Virus record (IMG/VR): IMGVR_UViG_3300027896_005002
Span: 1-64,000 of that record
Reading direction: 5' to 3' (one strand)
DNA length: 64,000 nucleotides
In this document: one piece after another, positions 61,008 through 64,000 of the stretch
How positions within the stretch are numbered: position 1 is the stretch's first letter
Layout: each line of letters begins with the position of its first letter
Translations under genes and position numbers: made by a program
The notes under the pieces: model-generated
Database searches by the model: none
The model's input: the letters and a program-made list of their open reading frames with translations, nothing else
Told to the model about the DNA's origin: nothing

Positions 61008-61985
61008 ATGAACTTAAAAACTGAACGAAATCTAACTATAGTTCAACTTCAACAATCAAAGATTACTTGTAACAAATGTAATAGATCAATTAGTAAAGCA
61101 AATTTTGATAAACATGTATGTTTAAGTGAAACTAATCCAAATATTAAAAGTATTAGAAATCTATATAATGATGGTTTATCATTACGAAAAATAATAAAAG
61201 AGGGTTTTAATGAACAATATGTTAAATTTGTACTTAAAGGTTGTAAAAGGTCTCCAAGTGAAGCTGGCAAGTTAGCACATAAAAAATATCCTGAATCTTT
61301 TAAATTATCAGAAGAAACAAAAGAAATATTAAGACAAAAACGTGTAGCTTACTTAAAACAAAATACTGGAACATCTGCATTTCAGCGACGACAAAATGGT
61401 AAAATGAGTTATGGCGAACAAAAATTACATGATTTATTTGTTAAAAATGATATATACAAAAAATATGATGTCGTAAATGAATATTGCGAACATCCATATT
61501 TTTTAGACTTTGCTTTTGTTAATGAAAAAGTAGATGTAGAATTTGATGGACATTGGCATTTTACAGAAAAACGACAACAATTTGATAAAAAACGAGATAA
61601 ATATTTACAGCAAAAAGGTTGGAGTATATATAGAATAACATATTATCAACTCGATAATTTTAATATCAATGAATTAATAAATTTTATTGGTGATGCTAAA
61701 AACAAATATTATAAATATGATTTAGTAAAATATTATGAAATTAAAAAACAAAAGCACAAAGAAAAAAAAATTAAAAAGTTACAACAAAGAGTAATAATTA
61801 ACAATAAAATTGATGCACAAAAAAATAAAAAGATACAGGATAAATTACAATTACTTTCTACAATAGATATGACAAAATTTGGTTGGGTTGAAAAAGCATC
61901 AGATTTATTAAATATAACACATACATCTGTAAGACGGTTTGTAAATAAACATTATAAAAAAGAATTTTTTAGACGAAAAAAATAA
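61008..61985 (+). CDS. Vsr/DUF559-type endonuclease, probable free-standing homing endonuclease
   Basis: SYGEQKL...YFLDFAF...VEFDGHWH...DKKRDKYLQQKGWSIYRI; NUMOD3-like LSEETKEILR. Confidence 0.8.
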   Translation: MNLKTERNLTIVQLQQSKITCNKCNRSISKANFDKHVCLSETNPNIKSIRNLYNDGLSLRKIIKEGFNEQYVKFVLKGCKRSPSEAGKLAHKKYPESFKLSEETKEILRQKRVAYLKQNTGTSAFQRRQNGKMSYGEQKLHDLFVKNDIYKKYDVVNEYCEHPYFLDFAFVNEKVDVEFDGHWHFTEKRQQFDKKRDKYLQQKGWSIYRITYYQLDNFNINELINFIGDAKNKYYKYDLVKYYEIKKQKHKEKKIKKLQQRVIINNKIDAQKNKKIQDKLQLLSTIDMTKFGWVEKASDLLNITHTSVRRFVNKHYKKEFFRRKK

Positions 61986-61990
61986 TTTAC

Positions 61991-62067
61991 GAGGGTGTCG
62001 CCTAGCGGTCTAGGGCAACGGTTTTTGAAGCCGTCATTCGGTGGTTCAAATCCATCCACCCTTGCCA
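61991..62067 (+). tRNA. tRNA-Gln(UUG)
   Basis: GAGGGTG/CACCCTT acceptor, ACGGT-TT-TTG-AA-GCCGT, TTCAAAT loop, CCA. Confidence 0.9.
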
Positions 62068-62071
62068 TTAT

Positions 62072-62150
62072 CGGAGTGTAGGCTAGACTGGTTTAGGCCA
62101 CATGCTTCGGGAGCATGTTCTCAGCAGTTCAAATCTGCTCACTCCGACCA
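62072..62150 (+). tRNA. tRNA-Pro(CGG)
   Basis: CGGAGTG/CACTCCG, CATGC-TT-CGG-GA-GCATG, CCA. Confidence 0.93.
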
Positions 62151-62154
62151 AATT

Positions 62155-62226
62155 TGGGGTGTAATTCAGTCGTAGAATGCATGTCTCTGAAACATGATGT
62201 CGTAGGTTCAACTCCTACCACCCCAG
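62155..62226 (+). tRNA. tRNA-Gln(CUG), CCA not encoded
   Basis: TGGGGTG/CACCCCA, CATGT-CT-CTG-AA-ACATG. Confidence 0.9.
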
Positions 62227-62233
62227 TAAATTC

Positions 62234-62310
62234 GGGCCTGTAGCTCAGCTGTATAGAGTGCGTGTCTTCGAAACACGATGTCGTCAGTTAAAATCTGACC
62301 AGGCCCACCA
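62234..62310 (+). tRNA. tRNA-Arg(UCG)
   Basis: GGGCCTG/CAGGCCC, CGTGT-CT-TCG-AA-ACACG, atypical T-loop TTAAAAT, CCA. Confidence 0.88.
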
Positions 62311-62323
62311 ATTAGGAGATTCC

Positions 62324-63175
62324 ATGGAAAGTATAGACAATTGTCATAATTGTACAAAATGTATTTTACTAGATAGTAAATACTGTTATAAAGATTGTAA
62401 GACTTGTAAATCAAAATTCTTATGCTTTACATTTAGTCGAAATAATGAAATTAGTATTTGCTTCGTTGACACAGCTGATAAAAATTATATTGGTACAAGG
62501 AATTCAATACAATTGGGTTTATTAGATGAAGCAATTTTTTCAACATCTCAAACTATAGAAAAATATCTGAAATCTATCTTATTATATAATAATAATGACA
62601 TCCGTAAAATGGGCGGAAGAAATGGCCATAATATTTTAGATTTGAAAAAAGAAGCACAAAAATGTTTAAATGGATTTGATTTAGATATAACTTATACTGT
62701 AGGAAAAACAAAATATTCTTTTTATGAAATAATCGACAAAAATGTTGACCGTTATGGTATAATTTCAGCACCAAACTTTCCTTTTTTATCTTTATTAGAT
62801 GATGCAGTTTTTAAAATTCGTCCTTATTGTAGAGACATAGATCTTGAAGCTTTAGTTTATAAAATAGATAAATTAGAAGTTTTGGAAATGATTCCAATTA
62901 ATAAATCAATTGGAGGTTATTTAGAAGAAATCATTAAATTTAAACCGACATCGTTTAATAATAAACTTTCATTGCAAAAAAAATGTCTTTATTGGGAAAA
63001 TAAACATACTTTAGCAAGTGGAACGCAAACAATTCCAAACATAAAAAAATTTGGTGAACATTTATATTGGCCAAAATGTTCAAAATGTTTAAATAATTGG
63101 CGAGAAAATCATTATAAAGTAACGCAAATTCAAAAAGAATATTTAAAAACTTTAGACTATAAAATGTGCCTATAG
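62324..63175 (+). CDS. HEPN-domain-like protein with Cys-rich N-terminus
   Basis: AGGAG RBS then ATG 62324; EAIFSTSQTIEKYLKSILL...GHNILDL pattern. Confidence 0.65.
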   Translation: MESIDNCHNCTKCILLDSKYCYKDCKTCKSKFLCFTFSRNNEISICFVDTADKNYIGTRNSIQLGLLDEAIFSTSQTIEKYLKSILLYNNNDIRKMGGRNGHNILDLKKEAQKCLNGFDLDITYTVGKTKYSFYEIIDKNVDRYGIISAPNFPFLSLLDDAVFKIRPYCRDIDLEALVYKIDKLEVLEMIPINKSIGGYLEEIIKFKPTSFNNKLSLQKKCLYWENKHTLASGTQTIPNIKKFGEHLYWPKCSKCLNNWRENHYKVTQIQKEYLKTLDYKMCL

Positions 63176-63242
63176 CTGAGTTGGATACAGCACCAGATTG
63201 CGAATCTGGAGGTCAGTGGTTCGAATCCACTTAGGCACACCA
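63166..63242 (+). tRNA. tRNA-Arg(GCG)
   Basis: GTGCCTA/TAGGCAC, CCAGA-TT-GCG-AA-TCTGG, TTCGAAT, CCA. Confidence 0.93.
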
Positions 63243-63302
63243 TTAATATAATAAAGCAAAATGAATGCGAATCAACAAATAATTCTCTTAAGGAGGTCTA
63301 CG

Positions 63303-63803
63303 ATGGAATGTGCTACTCTTTTACAAATATGTTCTACTCTTATACAAATATGTGCCACTATTTTTATAGGACTTCTTGCTTTAAAAATTCAGAGAAAAAT
63401 ATTAAAAGCGCATAAAGAAAAATTACACAGTGATTCTTTTGATAGAAAATATAAAATTTTTGATGAAACTATTGAATATATGCGTTCTGTCGTGAATTAT
63501 AATTGGAAAGAAAAAAAATCTAATGAATTTTTTTATGAGAATATTTTATTTAGACAGAGAACAATAACTAAAGCAAAATTTCTTTTTTCAGATGAAGTAA
63601 CAAGTTTTATGGAAAAGATTGCAAACATTGCTAGTGATTTAAACATTCTTCATGATCAAAAAGAACAACTTGGTTCAAATGTACTTGCATTTAACTCTAA
63701 AGAAACTGTAGGCATGGAAATTATAACAAAGACCAAAGAATTTCATAATCAATTTAAAATTTATCAAGAAATTTTTTCTGCTTCTTTAAAAGGCGACAGA
63801 TAA
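63303..63803 (+). CDS. Membrane-anchored hypothetical protein
   Basis: AAGGAGG precedes ATG 63303; N-terminal hydrophobic helix. Confidence 0.6.
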   Translation: MECATLLQICSTLIQICATIFIGLLALKIQRKILKAHKEKLHSDSFDRKYKIFDETIEYMRSVVNYNWKEKKSNEFFYENILFRQRTITKAKFLFSDEVTSFMEKIANIASDLNILHDQKEQLGSNVLAFNSKETVGMEIITKTKEFHNQFKIYQEIFSASLKGDR

Positions 63804-63820
63804 TTAGTTCTTTGTTTAAA

Positions 63821-63849
63821 CGTAGGTTCAAATCCTACCTGGGACACCA
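63821..63849 (+). pseudogene. Orphan tRNA 3' fragment (T-arm, acceptor strand, CCA)
   Basis: C-GTAGG-TTCAAAT-CCTAC-CTGGGAC-A-CCA, with no complementary GTCCCAG 5' strand upstream. Confidence 0.75.
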
Positions 63850-63851
63850 TT

Positions 63852-64000
63852 ATGAAAAACACTGGCTTTTCTGAAATAACTACTGAACGACTTTACTATA
63901 ATAGTCAAGATCCTTGGTACATGGAAGTCGCTATTACTGGTCGTTGCAATTTTTCATGTAAATATTGCAATAGATTCAATAATGATATTGATCTTGCAAA
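63852..64000 (+). CDS. Radical SAM protein, 5' part (runs off window)
   Basis: MKNTGFSEITTERLYYNSQDPWYMEVAITGRCNFSCKYCNRF contains CxxxCxxC. Confidence 0.8.
   Translation, partial: MKNTGFSEITTERLYYNSQDPWYMEVAITGRCNFSCKYCNRFNNDIDLA

Noticed and set aside
62208-62414. ORF 62208-62414 (-) and the 62258 GTG start of the HEPN-like ORF
   Set aside because: Both overlap tRNA genes. The RBS-supported start is ATG 62324.
1-64000. Stop-codon reassignment, as in some large phages
   Set aside because: Conserved genes are full length in the standard code, TAA, TAG and TGA all serve as stops, and no suppressor tRNA is seen.

Overview
AT-rich segment of a large tailed dsDNA phage (jumbo/huge-phage-like, standard genetic code). 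From 1 to ~58.7 kb almost everything is on the minus strand. It holds a giant Gly-X-Ser-repeat fibre protein that runs off the left edge, neck and Ig-like virion proteins, DnaJ, a five-domain glycosyl/methyltransferase, and the head module (HK97-type capsid, decoration protein, scaffold, prohead protease, portal, large terminase). It also holds a sigma factor, topoisomerase I, an acyl carrier protein, gyrase A and B, a UDG-like/radical SAM/NMP kinase trio, five paralogous beta-propeller proteins, and a small protein split by an HNH intein. From ~58.9 kb the genes switch to the plus strand. The most striking feature is at 60369-60494: a 21-codon leader ORF (MLTLRQTQPQQPRQPRSNMLM) overlaps a classical 1:2 / 2:3 / 3:4 transcription-attenuator structure. 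Its control codons are Arg, Gln and Pro, exactly the amino acids of the six tRNA genes downstream (Pro-UGG, Gln-UUG, Pro-CGG, Gln-CUG, Arg-UCG, Arg-GCG). This suggests a phage operon that senses tRNA depletion and resupplies tRNA. A second theme is a shared N-terminal leader and a recurrent K-x-A motif that may mark proteins for capsid packaging and processing, including a sigma factor and a CYTH-like enzyme. All calls come from reading motifs by eye; no searches were run.
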